39,922 nucleotides of DNA from an uncultured bacterium (GTDB taxonomy: Bacteria; Patescibacteriota; Minisyncoccia; Phycocordibacterales; UBA918): assembly GCA_913046815.1 (NCBI GenBank), contig CAJWTE010000002.1, positions 1 to 39,922 of the forward strand, given 5' to 3'. The notes under the pieces were generated by a model, which saw only the letters and a list, made by a program, of their open reading frames with translations, searched no databases and was not told where the DNA came from. Every line of letters begins with the position of its first letter. The stretch's first letter is position 1. The translations under genes were made by a program, and so were the position numbers. Below are positions 1-9,591 of the stretch, piece by piece.

Positions 1-1055
1 AAGGTAGCTACTCCGTGCTCTTGTAATGCTCCCGCCAAAATCTCAGATGCTGATGCTGACCCGCCATCCACCAATATCACAATTTTTTCCGGTAATTGCC
101 CATAAAAACTACTCGCCTGACTTCGGTACAGTTTTTCTTCTCTTTCACCTCCATAACTTTCCCGTACCACCACCTTACCTGCTGGCAAGAAGTGACTAGC
201 AATTGCAACAGCACTATCTAAGTATCCACCGGGATTATTACGCAGATCCAATATCAAGTTATCTGCATGACTAGCCTTATATGCAGTGAGTGCTTCTTTG
301 AATTTTGCTTCAGATAAAGCATTAAAACTATAAAGCTCAATTGCAAAGATGTCTCCCTCCTGTCTATATGAAATGGTTGGGATATCGATAATGTCGCGCA
401 CTACAGGAATCTGCATAAATTCAGTAGCCCCCTCTCTAAAAATAGTAAATGTCACTGTAGTACCAACTTCACCCCTTATATGAATAACAGCCTCGTCTGT
501 GGACATCCCTTCAGTACTAGTTCCGTCAATAGCTGTGATAACATCTCCCGCTAACAAACCAGCTCTTTCAGCCGGTGTATTCGCTAGCGGTGCAATAATA
601 GTTATATAACCATTTCTTATACCGACTTCCATACCTACACCGCTAAAGTTACCGGAAATGTCTTCACCAAACACTTCTGCCTCTTGTGGTGGCAAAAAGA
701 CTGTATAAGGATCGCCATAACTGTCTACCATACCAGAAATAGCCCCTTGGACTTTTTCGTCAATACTGACAGTGGTAGTTGAATTAGATACAAACTTATT
801 TTCCATCAGGTTCCATACTCGCCAAAATTCCTGCAAGTCTGCATTTTCGTCTGCTCGTGTATCCCCAAAAAGTAACGCCCATAACCCAGCCTGCATTGGT
901 TCCTCCACCCTATTACCCTGTCCGATATGCAATCCAGACAAAAAAGCTGCCGTTGCCAATACAAGAGCCAATCCGATTCCAAGCAGTTTGGTAGATTTTT
1001 GTTCAACGATGGCTGTTTTTAAAGTTGCATCATCTTTCCTTACAACGTCATGCAT
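1..1055 (-). CDS. C-terminal processing (tail-specific) peptidase, family S41; 3' end runs off the left window edge
   Basis: Manual minus-strand translation; the frame is absent from the ORF track because no stop lies in the window. ATG at 1055 is preceded by an in-frame TAA. N-terminus MHDVVRKDDATLKTAIVEQKSTKLLGIGLALVLATAAFLSGL (membrane anchor), then DPYTVFLPPQEAEVFGEDISGNFSGVGMEV (PDZ-type region) and ILVDGGSASASEILAGALQEHGVAT (S41 catalytic-Ser motif) at the edge. Confidence 0.85.
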   Translation of the reverse strand, partial: MHDVVRKDDATLKTAIVEQKSTKLLGIGLALVLATAAFLSGLHIGQGNRVEEPMQAGLWALLFGDTRADENADLQEFWRVWNLMENKFVSNSTTTVSIDEKVQGAISGMVDSYGDPYTVFLPPQEAEVFGEDISGNFSGVGMEVGIRNGYITIIAPLANTPAERAGLLAGDVITAIDGTSTEGMSTDEAVIHIRGEVGTTVTFTIFREGATEFMQIPVVRDIIDIPTISYRQEGDIFAIELYSFNALSEAKFKEALTAYKASHADNLILDLRNNPGGYLDSAVAIASHFLPAGKVVVRESYGGEREEKLYRSQASSFYGQLPEKIVILVDGGSASASEILAGALQEHGVAT

Positions 1056-1138
1056 GTCAGCATTATCGCATGTGGTGCATATCCAGGCAAAAGATAACGT
1101 TTATATTCCACTGACTTTTGTTACAATTGTAATTAACT

Positions 1139-2590
1139 ATGTTTAATTTATTTGATAGCAGGAAAAGTGCGTCGGAGTCACCTCTCTTCCTACATGACTC
1201 CGCTACTGGTGAGAAGAGATTGTTTACTCCCTTAAAAAGCAAAGTGGTCAGTATGTACAGCTGTGGCCCAACCGTGTATAACCATATTCACATTGGCAAT
1301 TTGCGTGCCTACCTGCTTCCAGACATACTCAAGCGCACCCTCCTGTATCTTGGCTACGAAGTGAAGCATACTATTAACTTTACGGATTTTGGACATCTAA
1401 CTGATGACGCCGATACTGGTGAAGATAAAATCATGAAAGGTATGAAGCGAGAAGGATACGAAATCACTATTGATAATATGAAGAAGTTTGCTCTTCCTTA
1501 TATTGAATCTTTTAAAGCTGATAACGAGCAATTTGGAAATATACCTGCCACTGACTACACCAGGGCTACCGACTTCGTAACGGAGCAAGTTAAGCTTATA
1601 GAAACCTTGTCTGAAAAAGGTTACACCTACGAAACGACGGACGGCATATACTATGAAGTCGCAAAATTTAACAATTACGGACAATTAGGAAATATAAACC
1701 TTGGAGCACTAAGGGCAAGTGCCCGCATGGAGGAAAACTCAGAGAAGAGGCATCCGGCCGATTTTGCTCTCTGGAAAAAGTCTGACCTTGGCTTCAAGAG
1801 TAAATGGGGTACAGGGTTTCCTGGTTGGCATATTGAATGCACTGCCATGGCCTTCGCTACCCTAGGTAAGCAAATTGATATACATACTGGAGGCGAAGAT
1901 CTGATGTACACTCATCATAATGGTGAGATAGCCCAGGCAGAATCAGTAACTGGAAAGAAATTTAGTCAATTTTGGTTGCACAACGCCCATGTTACGGCCG
2001 GCGAAGAGAAGTTGGCAAAATCGGCTGGAAACGGTTTTACGTTACAAGATCTAACCGATAAAGGTTTCTCTACTTTTGACTATAGATACTGGCTTTTGCA
2101 GGGACATTACCGTACACGTATGGATTTTTCATTTAAGGCTTTAGAAGCAGCAAGACAGGCATTATCTAGATTGAGGAAATTGGTCTATATAGAGCTGGAT
2201 GACCAGCCAATAAGCGAACCAGATGCGGCCTACATTCGCGACTTCAGCAGTGCCTTACTTGATGACTTGGACACACCAAAAGTAATCGCTACACTGTGGC
2301 ATATAACCAAAGACAAAAACTTAAGCTCCTCAGCCAAGCTATCTACAATAAAAGTAATTGACTCAGTATTGAATATCGGTTTGTCTCTCGATGCGCAAGA
2401 AGGTAAAAGTAAACTTGGTTTTGTAGACCTCAGCTCCCTACCCCAGAACATAAAAGAAGTATTAGCTGAAAGAGAGACTGCTAGAAATGATGGTAATTGG
2501 GAGAAATCCGACCAGTTACGCGAAGATTTGGTGCAACTCGGTTACTCAATCAAAGACACTCCCGAAGGCACAGTTGTTACAAAAGTTTAA
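1139..2590 (+). CDS. cysS: cysteine--tRNA ligase
   Basis: 483-aa ORF with class I signatures: YSCGPTVYNHIHIGNLRAY (HIGH) and a KLAKSAGN (KMSKS-like) motif. Overall CysS-like layout. Confidence 0.95.
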   Translation: MFNLFDSRKSASESPLFLHDSATGEKRLFTPLKSKVVSMYSCGPTVYNHIHIGNLRAYLLPDILKRTLLYLGYEVKHTINFTDFGHLTDDADTGEDKIMKGMKREGYEITIDNMKKFALPYIESFKADNEQFGNIPATDYTRATDFVTEQVKLIETLSEKGYTYETTDGIYYEVAKFNNYGQLGNINLGALRASARMEENSEKRHPADFALWKKSDLGFKSKWGTGFPGWHIECTAMAFATLGKQIDIHTGGEDLMYTHHNGEIAQAESVTGKKFSQFWLHNAHVTAGEEKLAKSAGNGFTLQDLTDKGFSTFDYRYWLLQGHYRTRMDFSFKALEAARQALSRLRKLVYIELDDQPISEPDAAYIRDFSSALLDDLDTPKVIATLWHITKDKNLSSSAKLSTIKVIDSVLNIGLSLDAQEGKSKLGFVDLSSLPQNIKEVLAERETARNDGNWEKSDQLREDLVQLGYSIKDTPEGTVVTKV

Positions 2591-2689
2591 ATGAAAGTGA
2601 GTTTAAGTGGCTTATCCCCAACTTGTCCAGTGTTTCAACATTCCTGCACACAACCGTCAACCGCCCCCACATGCTAGAATTGTCACACG

Positions 2690-4075
2690 ATGAGCAATCC
2701 TCAAAATAATCGTAATCTGAGAACTATCCCTAGTAACTTGGAGGCCGAAAAAGCTTTACTCGGTGCAATAATTTTAAAGCCCGAGGCGATGCACGACATA
2801 TCTGTAACTGTCTTTCCGGAAAGCTTTTATGCAGATAAACATAGAGAAATATACCGAGCTATTTTAGAAATATTTACTAAAGGCGACCCGATAGACGTTT
2901 TGAGTGTTAGTGACAAGCTTAGAGCCAATGGACAGCTAGAGCGTGTTGGTGGCGCCACCTACCTTACAGAATTGACGGAAGGTGTACCTGCTGCTGGTAA
3001 TGCCTTGTACTATGCCGGACAGGTTCATGACAAGTCCGTATTGAGAGGTTTGATTCATGCTGGGGATGATATAGCGGAGCTTGGATATTCCAATCCGGAG
3101 GCAATAGACGAAACCCTCGATCAAGCTGAAAAGAAGATTTATAATGTTACTAATATTAGTACAACACAAAGTTTCCGCGCTATTGGCAATTCCTTATCTG
3201 AGGCATGGAGTCGCTTCGAACATCTCAGTGCCAACAAGGATGAGAGGCGGGGTGTGCCAACCGGTTTTACAGCACTAGACAATTTGCTTTCTGGTTTACA
3301 AAAATCAGATTTGGTTATATTAGCGGCTCGTCCATCAATGGGAAAGACCACTTTCGCCCTAGACTTAGCAAGAAACTCAGCCCTCAAGCATGGATCAACT
3401 GTTGGTATTTTTTCTCTTGAAATGAGTGATCAGCAGTTAGTAGACAGAATGCTGGCATCAGAGGCTGGGGTGGACTCATGGAAGCTACGTACTGGTCGAT
3501 TATCTACAGATCAGGAGTTCGAAGCTGTACAAGAAGCTATGGCCAGATTATCTGAAGCTCCCATTCATATTGACGACCAACCAGGTACCAATATTTTGAA
3601 AATGCGATCTTCTGCTCGACGACTTAAGAATGAGCATGGATTGGATCTGCTCATCGTCGACTACCTTCAACTCATGAGCCCTACTAATACAAAGGCAAGT
3701 GATTCTATGGTTCAACAAGTAACTGAGATTTCCCGTTCCCTAAAAATCTTGGCCCGTGAGTTAGATATACCGGTACTGGCATTGTCTCAGCTCTCGCGAG
3801 CGGTAGAGCAACGAGGTGGTAAGCCGAGACTCTCTGACCTGCGTGACTCCGGCTCCATTGAGCAAGACGCTGACGTGGTTATGTTTATTCATCGGGAAGA
3901 CAAAGTAAATAAAGACCAAGAACCTGAAAGACCAAATATCGCAGAGATTTTGGTAGAAAAGCATAGGAACGGGCCAGTCGGCTTGGCAGAACTATACTTT
4001 GATAGCAAACATGTCCGTTTTCTTAATCTCGACACACACCATTCAACAGCAGCGACAGATAATGACGATTTTTAG
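2690..4075 (+). CDS. dnaB: replicative DNA helicase DnaB
   Basis: 461 aa. N-terminal NLEAEKALLGAIIL motif, Walker A ARPSMGKTTFAL, and DYLQLM / SQLSRAVEQR motifs typical of DnaB. Confidence 0.95.
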   Translation: MSNPQNNRNLRTIPSNLEAEKALLGAIILKPEAMHDISVTVFPESFYADKHREIYRAILEIFTKGDPIDVLSVSDKLRANGQLERVGGATYLTELTEGVPAAGNALYYAGQVHDKSVLRGLIHAGDDIAELGYSNPEAIDETLDQAEKKIYNVTNISTTQSFRAIGNSLSEAWSRFEHLSANKDERRGVPTGFTALDNLLSGLQKSDLVILAARPSMGKTTFALDLARNSALKHGSTVGIFSLEMSDQQLVDRMLASEAGVDSWKLRTGRLSTDQEFEAVQEAMARLSEAPIHIDDQPGTNILKMRSSARRLKNEHGLDLLIVDYLQLMSPTNTKASDSMVQQVTEISRSLKILARELDIPVLALSQLSRAVEQRGGKPRLSDLRDSGSIEQDADVVMFIHREDKVNKDQEPERPNIAEILVEKHRNGPVGLAELYFDSKHVRFLNLDTHHSTAATDNDDF

Positions 4076-4077
4076 GT

Positions 4078-4689
4078 ATGACTAAGTTAGACAAACTAAT
4101 AAAGCACTTTGAATGTTTTCCAGGTATAGGCGGACGACAAGCACGTCGGTTTGCTTTTCATATTCTCACCTTACAACAAGCCGAGGCAAGTGAACTGGCA
4201 GATCTAATAACCAACCTACGGGGCGAGGTAGTTGAATGTATTGGTTGTAGGCGATTCTTTGCCAGGAATGGCTCGCAATCTACCCAATGTCGCATTTGTG
4301 ACGACTTCAATCGTGACCAGTCTAAATTACTAGTAGTTGAAAGAGACAGCGACATCGATGCTATTGAACGAGGAGGTAGTTATGACGGGCTTTATTTTGT
4401 ACTAGGGGGCACATTGCCTCTCCTCAACTCCAAGGAACAAGCCAAGTTGCGTGGTAATGGATTAAAAAGAAGAGTGGAGGAAAAGATGCTTAGCGGATTA
4501 AGTGAGGTAATACTTGGTTTTGCAGTAAATCCAGATGGTGAGAATACTGCACGTTATGTTGAGACTTTGTTGCAAGACTGGCCAAAAAAGCTAACGGTGA
4601 CTCATTTGGGGCGAGGCCTTTCTACTGGATCAGAGCTCGAATATGCTGATCCAGATACCATCAAGAATGCTTTGGAGAATAGAAGTTAG
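4078..4689 (+). CDS. recR: recombination protein RecR
   Basis: 203 aa. FPGIGGRQARRFAFHIL helix-hairpin-helix, a C4 zinc finger (CIGC...CRIC) and a Toprim segment LLVVERDSD. Starts 3 nt after dnaB. Confidence 0.95.
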   Translation: MTKLDKLIKHFECFPGIGGRQARRFAFHILTLQQAEASELADLITNLRGEVVECIGCRRFFARNGSQSTQCRICDDFNRDQSKLLVVERDSDIDAIERGGSYDGLYFVLGGTLPLLNSKEQAKLRGNGLKRRVEEKMLSGLSEVILGFAVNPDGENTARYVETLLQDWPKKLTVTHLGRGLSTGSELEYADPDTIKNALENRS

Positions 4690-4710
4690 TAGTATTTCAA
4701 GCAAGACAAA

Positions 4711-4740
4711 AAGAACCTCTGGGTCAACCCAGAGGTTCTT
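4711..4740. terminator. bidirectional intrinsic terminator between convergent recR and rplU
   Basis: Perfect 13-bp stem AAGAACCTCTGGG / CCCAGAGGTTCTT with loop TCAA, flanked by an A-run upstream and TTTATT downstream. Confidence 0.75.
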
Positions 4741-4773
4741 TATTGGATACTACTTTCTACTTTACCCGTTGGT

Positions 4774-5097
4774 TTAAATGCTGTCGATTCTCACTTGTGC
4801 GTGTTGCTGACGATGACCTACCTTTCGACTAAAGTTACTTTTGGACTTGAATCGCAAGATACTGAGCTTTCTTCCTTTCTTGTCACCCAAGTGGGTACCC
4901 TTCACTACTGCGCCAGTCACAGTTGGTGTGCCTACAGTGTCATTTTTCATCAGAACTTCAGTGAATTCGATCTTATCACCTTCTTTGTGATCGCTTAACA
5001 ATTCCACCTCAATAACATCATTGGGTGATACAATATACTGCTTACCCCCAGTAGCAATTACAGCGAAATCTTTATTCTGTTCCTTTTTCTCTGACAT
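4774..5097 (-). CDS. rplU: 50S ribosomal protein L21
   Basis: 107 aa. FAVIATGGKQYIVSPNDVIEVE and a C-terminal FKSKSNFSRKVGHRQ are typical of bL21. Confidence 0.93.
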   Translation of the reverse strand: MSEKKEQNKDFAVIATGGKQYIVSPNDVIEVELLSDHKEGDKIEFTEVLMKNDTVGTPTVTGAVVKGTHLGDKKGRKLSILRFKSKSNFSRKVGHRQQHAQVRIDSI

Positions 5098-5133
5098 AAG
5101 TTTGTTTAGTGGTCGCTATAGTACAAGAAAACC

Positions 5134-5162
5134 TTGCCTAAAGCAAGTCATTCTGCTATTTT
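5134..5162 (+). promoter_or_regulatory. possible sigma70-type promoter for the small basic ORF pair
   Basis: TTGCCT (5134-5139), 17-nt spacer, TATTTT (5157-5162). Lies about 28 nt upstream of the TTG start at 5190. Confidence 0.35.
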
Positions 5163-5189
5163 ACTGTTGGACTAAGCAAGGAGGCAAAA

Positions 5190-5297
5190 TTGTCTAACCA
5201 AAACAAATACAAGCGCCGTTCCATTCCGCCGAAAGGGAAAGCAAAAATCAAGAAAATGAAAAAACAGCGCCAGCGCCGCAAATTTGAAAAGACTTAG
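5190..5297 (+). CDS. unlisted small ORF, 35 aa, extremely basic (MSNQNKYKRRSIPPKGKAKIKKMKKQRQRRKFEKT)
   Basis: Canonical SD AAGGAGG (5178-5184) lies 5 nt before a TTG start. Below the ORF-track size cut-off. Followed immediately by a second SD-led sORF. Confidence 0.45.
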   Translation: MSNQNKYKRRSIPPKGKAKIKKMKKQRQRRKFEKT

Positions 5298-5308
5298 GAG
5301 GAACCGTG

Positions 5309-5443
5309 ATGGGGCATGGAAGTAACATGCGCGCCACTGGGCAAAAGAAGCGACGACAAAAAAGTTGGGTCCAGAACCCCAACAAACGCGGAGGCCGGCT
5401 TGGCAAAAAACCCCGCTTGAAAAACTGTAAAAGCAAGTCATAG
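5309..5443 (+). CDS. unlisted small ORF, 44 aa, extremely basic (MGHGSNMRATGQKKRRQKSWVQNPNKRGGRLGKKPRLKNCKSKS)
   Basis: SD AGGAGG (5296-5301, overlapping the upstream stop) lies 7 nt before the ATG. The minus-strand ORFs listed here (5172..5441, 5248..5463) have an implausible Cys/Phe-rich composition. Confidence 0.5.
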   Translation: MGHGSNMRATGQKKRRQKSWVQNPNKRGGRLGKKPRLKNCKSKS

Positions 5444-5560
5444 GCTTTTGATTCAGATTTCATAACCCCTGGAATATCCCGAACGGATGTCCGGGGTATT
5501 TCAATGCCAGAGTAATGAGAGACTTTGAAATAAAGACTATTACTTTGTGTTTTGAATAAA

Positions 5561-5696
5561 ATTCGTAGTCTGGCGAGGACAGTTCGAGATCAATATTGAA
5601 CAGAAAAGCGTAGTAGAACCCAAGCCCCGGTTCAATATCGGCTGAACAATATTCGCAGTGTTAGCGAGGACGTTGTGAGGTCGGTGTTGAACCGGG
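5561..5696. repeat. tandem imperfect ~41-nt repeat (period 90 nt) with mutually exclusive stem options
   Basis: ATTCGTAGTCTGGCGAGGACAGTTCGAGATCAATATTGAAC (5561-5601) versus ATTCGCAGTGTTAGCGAGGACGTTGTGAGGTCGGTGTTGAAC (5651-5692). CCCGGTTCAA (5626-5635) can pair with TTGAACCGGG (5687-5696). Its core GTTCAATAT (5630-5638) can instead pair with ATATTGAAC (5593-5601). Confidence 0.4.
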
Positions 5697-5729
5697 TCTT
5701 GGATGGAAGTGTCTTATTTTGATTTTGTA

Positions 5730-6803
5730 CTACTCTGGCTCGGCTGGTCTATCTAGCTGCATTACATCCACTCCCACCGTATCACCGGTGATACGAGTAA
5801 TATCTTTATCTATCTTGTTGAGCTCCTTATATCCAGCATTATAATGATTTACAGTAGTAGAGAGCGTATTGCCAAGCTTTTTGTAGTATTCTTCATAACG
5901 GTCAATGTGACCGGACAGCTTCTCTACATTTTTAATTATATCTTGAGCCTTCTCTTCGATTTCTAAAGCTTTCAATCCCTGCAACACTGTTTGCAAATAT
6001 GCTAAAAAGGATGTCGGTGAGACTATGATCACCTTATACTTACCGGCGGCTCGTTGAATCATATTTTCCTCCGCCGCACCAATTTTGTTTGACAGCAGAT
6101 CATAGTAGATACCTTCATGAGGAATAAACATAAAAGCAAAGTCTGTGGTTTTCTCTGTCGGTCGAATGTATTTGGCAGTCTCCGTAATGCGTAGCTTCAA
6201 ATCATTTATGAAAGCTTTTTCGTATTGCACTTTATCTCCGCCATCCGGCGCTTCTATATAGCGATTGTAGTTCTCGAGGGAAAACTTAGAATCAATCGGT
6301 ATCACCTTCCCTTTAACAAACACTGCCGCATCTACTATTTCTCCATCTGAGAATGCGTATTGCATTTGAAAACTCTCCGGAGGCAGTACATTATGCAGTA
6401 CTGTCTCTAAGTAGTATTCCCCCAATATTCCCCTCTGCTTCGGATTCTTAAGAATATTTTGTAGCTCTTTTAGTTGATCAGCCACCAGAAATACTTGTTT
6501 GCTACTTTCCTTCACTTCAGTAACATTTTTTATTACATCTTTAATCTGTAAATTCACATCACGACTGATCTCTTGCATCAGTTCTTTACTATCCAAAAAC
6601 TGCATCCTGCTACCTTCTTGACTTGCTTTGTTACTCTCATCCAACCTTTTATCCATGGTGCTGGAAAGCTGCTGTAGTTGTTGTTGAAGAAGCAACAAAC
6701 TACCCTCGTCACCACTACTTGCTTTACGCAAAAATGAATTATGAAAAAGCAAAGCTAGAATTGCCAGTAAAAGTGCTAATATCAAAATCTCTAGGACGCC
6801 CAT
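5730..6803 (-). CDS. rmuC: DNA recombination protein RmuC
   Basis: 357 aa. N-terminal membrane anchor, coiled-coil region, then LKNPKQRGILGEYYLETVL and FAFMFIPHEGIYYD motifs typical of the RmuC family. Confidence 0.9.
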   Translation of the reverse strand: MGVLEILILALLLAILALLFHNSFLRKASSGDEGSLLLLQQQLQQLSSTMDKRLDESNKASQEGSRMQFLDSKELMQEISRDVNLQIKDVIKNVTEVKESSKQVFLVADQLKELQNILKNPKQRGILGEYYLETVLHNVLPPESFQMQYAFSDGEIVDAAVFVKGKVIPIDSKFSLENYNRYIEAPDGGDKVQYEKAFINDLKLRITETAKYIRPTEKTTDFAFMFIPHEGIYYDLLSNKIGAAEENMIQRAAGKYKVIIVSPTSFLAYLQTVLQGLKALEIEEKAQDIIKNVEKLSGHIDRYEEYYKKLGNTLSTTVNHYNAGYKELNKIDKDITRITGDTVGVDVMQLDRPAEPE

Positions 6804-6825
6804 GTTGAGCTAATTTTACCACAGA

Positions 6826-9525
6826 CTAACTACTAATAGCGCTGTGAGCAAAAAAGTGCATTTTTGCTATTTCCACCACAATAAAACCAATAAAAGCGAA
6901 ACTAAATGTAAGTGCCACTATGAAAGCCGGTAGCGGCGTATAGGACAGTATTTCTCTTGTAAATGGAATAGCAATTGCCCCAAACAAGAACAAAAGGCTT
7001 AAGAGTAACGAGGTAAAGAAAAACCGATTCACAAAAAACGGCGTCTTCCAAATTGGAGTCGACAATGTGCGAAATGCAAAAGCGATAAACAAAGAATCTA
7101 TAGAGATAGACAAGAACATCGCACTACGTAACTCATCTATCGGTAGACCCAAACTTACAAGGTAAAAATAAAGACTGACCGTCAGTGAACCTAGCACAAC
7201 AGTTACCATTCCTAAAAAATAAATCATGGTTTTTGACAGCACTCCCTCATGATGAATATCTCTCGGAGGAAGTTTCATGGCCCCTTTCTCTCCCTTTTCA
7301 AAAGCAAATGCCATACCCATCAGACCTTCTTCAACGATATTTGCCCACAATATTTGCACTGGCAAAAGCGGTGTAGCCATCCCCGCTACCAGAGCAGAAA
7401 CAATAAGAGCTACCTCCGTCAGACTGGTAGCGAGTAAATAGCCAATGATCTTGCGTAGGTTGGTGATAATTCGCCTACCCTCTTCAATAGCAGAGTAGAT
7501 GGTGCTAAAACTATCCTCAATCAGTATTAAGTCTGAAGCTTCCTTAGCAACCTCAGTGCCAGAGCCAATAGCTACTCCTATATTAGCCTTCTTGAGAGCC
7601 GGAGCATCATTTATGCCGTCTCCGGTCATCGCTACTATCTCGCCTCTACGCTGCAGCAACTCTGCTAGACGCATTTTTTGTCTTGGTAGAACCCGAGCAA
7701 ACACATGTACGTCTACCAAGGCTCGCAGGATCTCGTCATCAGCCATTGTTTCCAAGTCGCTTCCCGTGAGAGCTGTTTCGTGTGGTCCTGCTATACCCAC
7801 TTCCTTTGCAATGAAGAGCGCTGTTTCACTATTGTCTCCAGTAACCAAAACAATTTTGGCGCCAGCCTCCAAAACACCTTTTATAGAGTGCTTAATATTT
7901 TGTCGAACGGGATCATGAAGTACCAAAACGCCAAGAAAAACAATATCATTCAAAAGACCTGCGGGTTTTTTTGTATCAATTTCTGCCTCTTCCACATCTT
8001 TGTATGCGACCGCTACCAACCTCTTGCCACGACTACTTTCTAAAGTGATTGCTTCTAGTAGAGTTTCTTTCTCGTCTTCAGACAGCTCTTTCCTTCCATT
8101 TGCTCCTACTATATGAGTGGCTTTCTCAAGCAAGAACTCCGGGGCTCCATTAATACAAAGTCGATATCCTCCTTCCCCTTCTGCCAAACCGGCCGCAAAC
8201 CGATTCTCAGAGTTAAATGGTAAATAGTCCACTCTATGCGCATGCCAAGAGTCATCGCTACCATACAGACCAATATCTACTGCCGCCTCCAAAATCGCTT
8301 TTTCTACACCATCTCCACGGGCAACCGCTTTTTCTCCGTCAGTGTCAAGGTAGGCATCAATTGCACAAAAGGCTGTGCTAAATATTTCCTTTATAGTCTC
8401 ATCTTTGTGCCATTTTGATTCAGAATTCTCAGTCACTCCCCCATGAATCACACCCGTGACTTCCATTTCACCAATAGTCAATGTGCCTGTCTTGTCGGTT
8501 AAAACATAGGTAGTTGAACCCAGTGTCTCAGCTGCTAATATATTTCTAACTAGGCCTTTCTTCTTTAGAATAGCTTCCATTCCCACTGCCAAAATAACCG
8601 ACACAATGGCTGGCAAACCTTCAGGGATAGAGGCTACAGCAATAGCTACAGACAACAGGGCCATGTCATGGAATGAATTACCTTGCCATAGACCAACCAA
8701 CAGCACTATGAAAATGAGAGCGAGAATGATATATATAATCATTCTGGATACTTTTTCCATTTCGTATTGCACTGGAGTCTTAGCATCTTGTATTTCATTC
8801 AGACTACTGGCCAGCAATCCAATTTCGGTTTCATCGCCAATAGCAACCACCACGCCAATACCATATCCTTCCGCCACAAAAGTACCCTTAAAGGCCATAT
8901 TGATACGCTCAGACATATGAATGCCAACTACCAAGGGGTCTGTATTTTTTTTCACCGGCAACCACTCCCCCGTTAAAGGAGATTCGTTAACCGACAAATC
9001 TTTGACTTGTAGTAGTCGCAAGTCAGCCGGCACCTGTACACCGCTTTGTAACTCTACAATATCCCCTGGCACTAAGTCTTCCGCACTTATCTCATGACGG
9101 CCTCCATCGCGAAAAACTGTGATCGTGTGTGTTTGCGACTTAGCAAGTTTGTTAAATGCTTTAGAAGCGCGACCTTCTTGAAAAATACTGATTATGACAG
9201 CCAACACAAGTACAAGACCTATTACAGAAGCATCTATATATTCCTCCAATACTGTAGTGACTGCTAAAGCAAACAGTAACACCAATGACAACGGGGACTT
9301 CGCTTGCACTAATAACTTACTCCACCAAGGGGTCTTGGGTGGTGGAGAAAAGCGATTAAACCCATGTTCCTGGTTCCGCCTTGCAACGTCAACCTTAGAC
9401 AGCCCTGCACCATCCACACCTAAAACAGCCAGGACTTCCTCGACGGTATGTGCATGCCAATCATATTGCTTAGCATTATCTTCTTCCTCTCTAGGAACTA
9501 TTGTTGTTGGTGTCTGTATGACCAT
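6826..9525 (-). CDS. cation-transporting P-type ATPase (type II, Ca2+/Mg2+-like)
   Basis: 899 aa. DKTGTLT phosphorylation site, TGDN, GDGINDAPALKKANIGVAIG hinge, N-terminal cation-ATPase-N-like segment and 10 predicted TM-like stretches. Confidence 0.93.
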   Translation of the reverse strand: MVIQTPTTIVPREEEDNAKQYDWHAHTVEEVLAVLGVDGAGLSKVDVARRNQEHGFNRFSPPPKTPWWSKLLVQAKSPLSLVLLFALAVTTVLEEYIDASVIGLVLVLAVIISIFQEGRASKAFNKLAKSQTHTITVFRDGGRHEISAEDLVPGDIVELQSGVQVPADLRLLQVKDLSVNESPLTGEWLPVKKNTDPLVVGIHMSERINMAFKGTFVAEGYGIGVVVAIGDETEIGLLASSLNEIQDAKTPVQYEMEKVSRMIIYIILALIFIVLLVGLWQGNSFHDMALLSVAIAVASIPEGLPAIVSVILAVGMEAILKKKGLVRNILAAETLGSTTYVLTDKTGTLTIGEMEVTGVIHGGVTENSESKWHKDETIKEIFSTAFCAIDAYLDTDGEKAVARGDGVEKAILEAAVDIGLYGSDDSWHAHRVDYLPFNSENRFAAGLAEGEGGYRLCINGAPEFLLEKATHIVGANGRKELSEDEKETLLEAITLESSRGKRLVAVAYKDVEEAEIDTKKPAGLLNDIVFLGVLVLHDPVRQNIKHSIKGVLEAGAKIVLVTGDNSETALFIAKEVGIAGPHETALTGSDLETMADDEILRALVDVHVFARVLPRQKMRLAELLQRRGEIVAMTGDGINDAPALKKANIGVAIGSGTEVAKEASDLILIEDSFSTIYSAIEEGRRIITNLRKIIGYLLATSLTEVALIVSALVAGMATPLLPVQILWANIVEEGLMGMAFAFEKGEKGAMKLPPRDIHHEGVLSKTMIYFLGMVTVVLGSLTVSLYFYLVSLGLPIDELRSAMFLSISIDSLFIAFAFRTLSTPIWKTPFFVNRFFFTSLLLSLLFLFGAIAIPFTREILSYTPLPAFIVALTFSFAFIGFIVVEIAKMHFFAHSAISS

Positions 9526-9591
9526 AAAGAACTAATAAATATCCCCAATTTAATGATATTATAGCAATAACATAAGATTAATTTTGGAGTT

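Noticed and set aside
772-1146. ORFs 772..1146 (+) and 806..1006 (-).
   Set aside because: Both overlap the 5' part of the S41 protease gene, whose frame, open from 1055 to the window edge, shows clear family motifs.
5172-5463. Minus-strand ORFs 5172..5441 and 5248..5463.
   Set aside because: Their composition is Phe/Cys/Leu-rich and they have no SD. The plus strand carries two SD-led basic sORFs that explain the open antisense frames, since A/G-rich codons are stop-poor in reverse.
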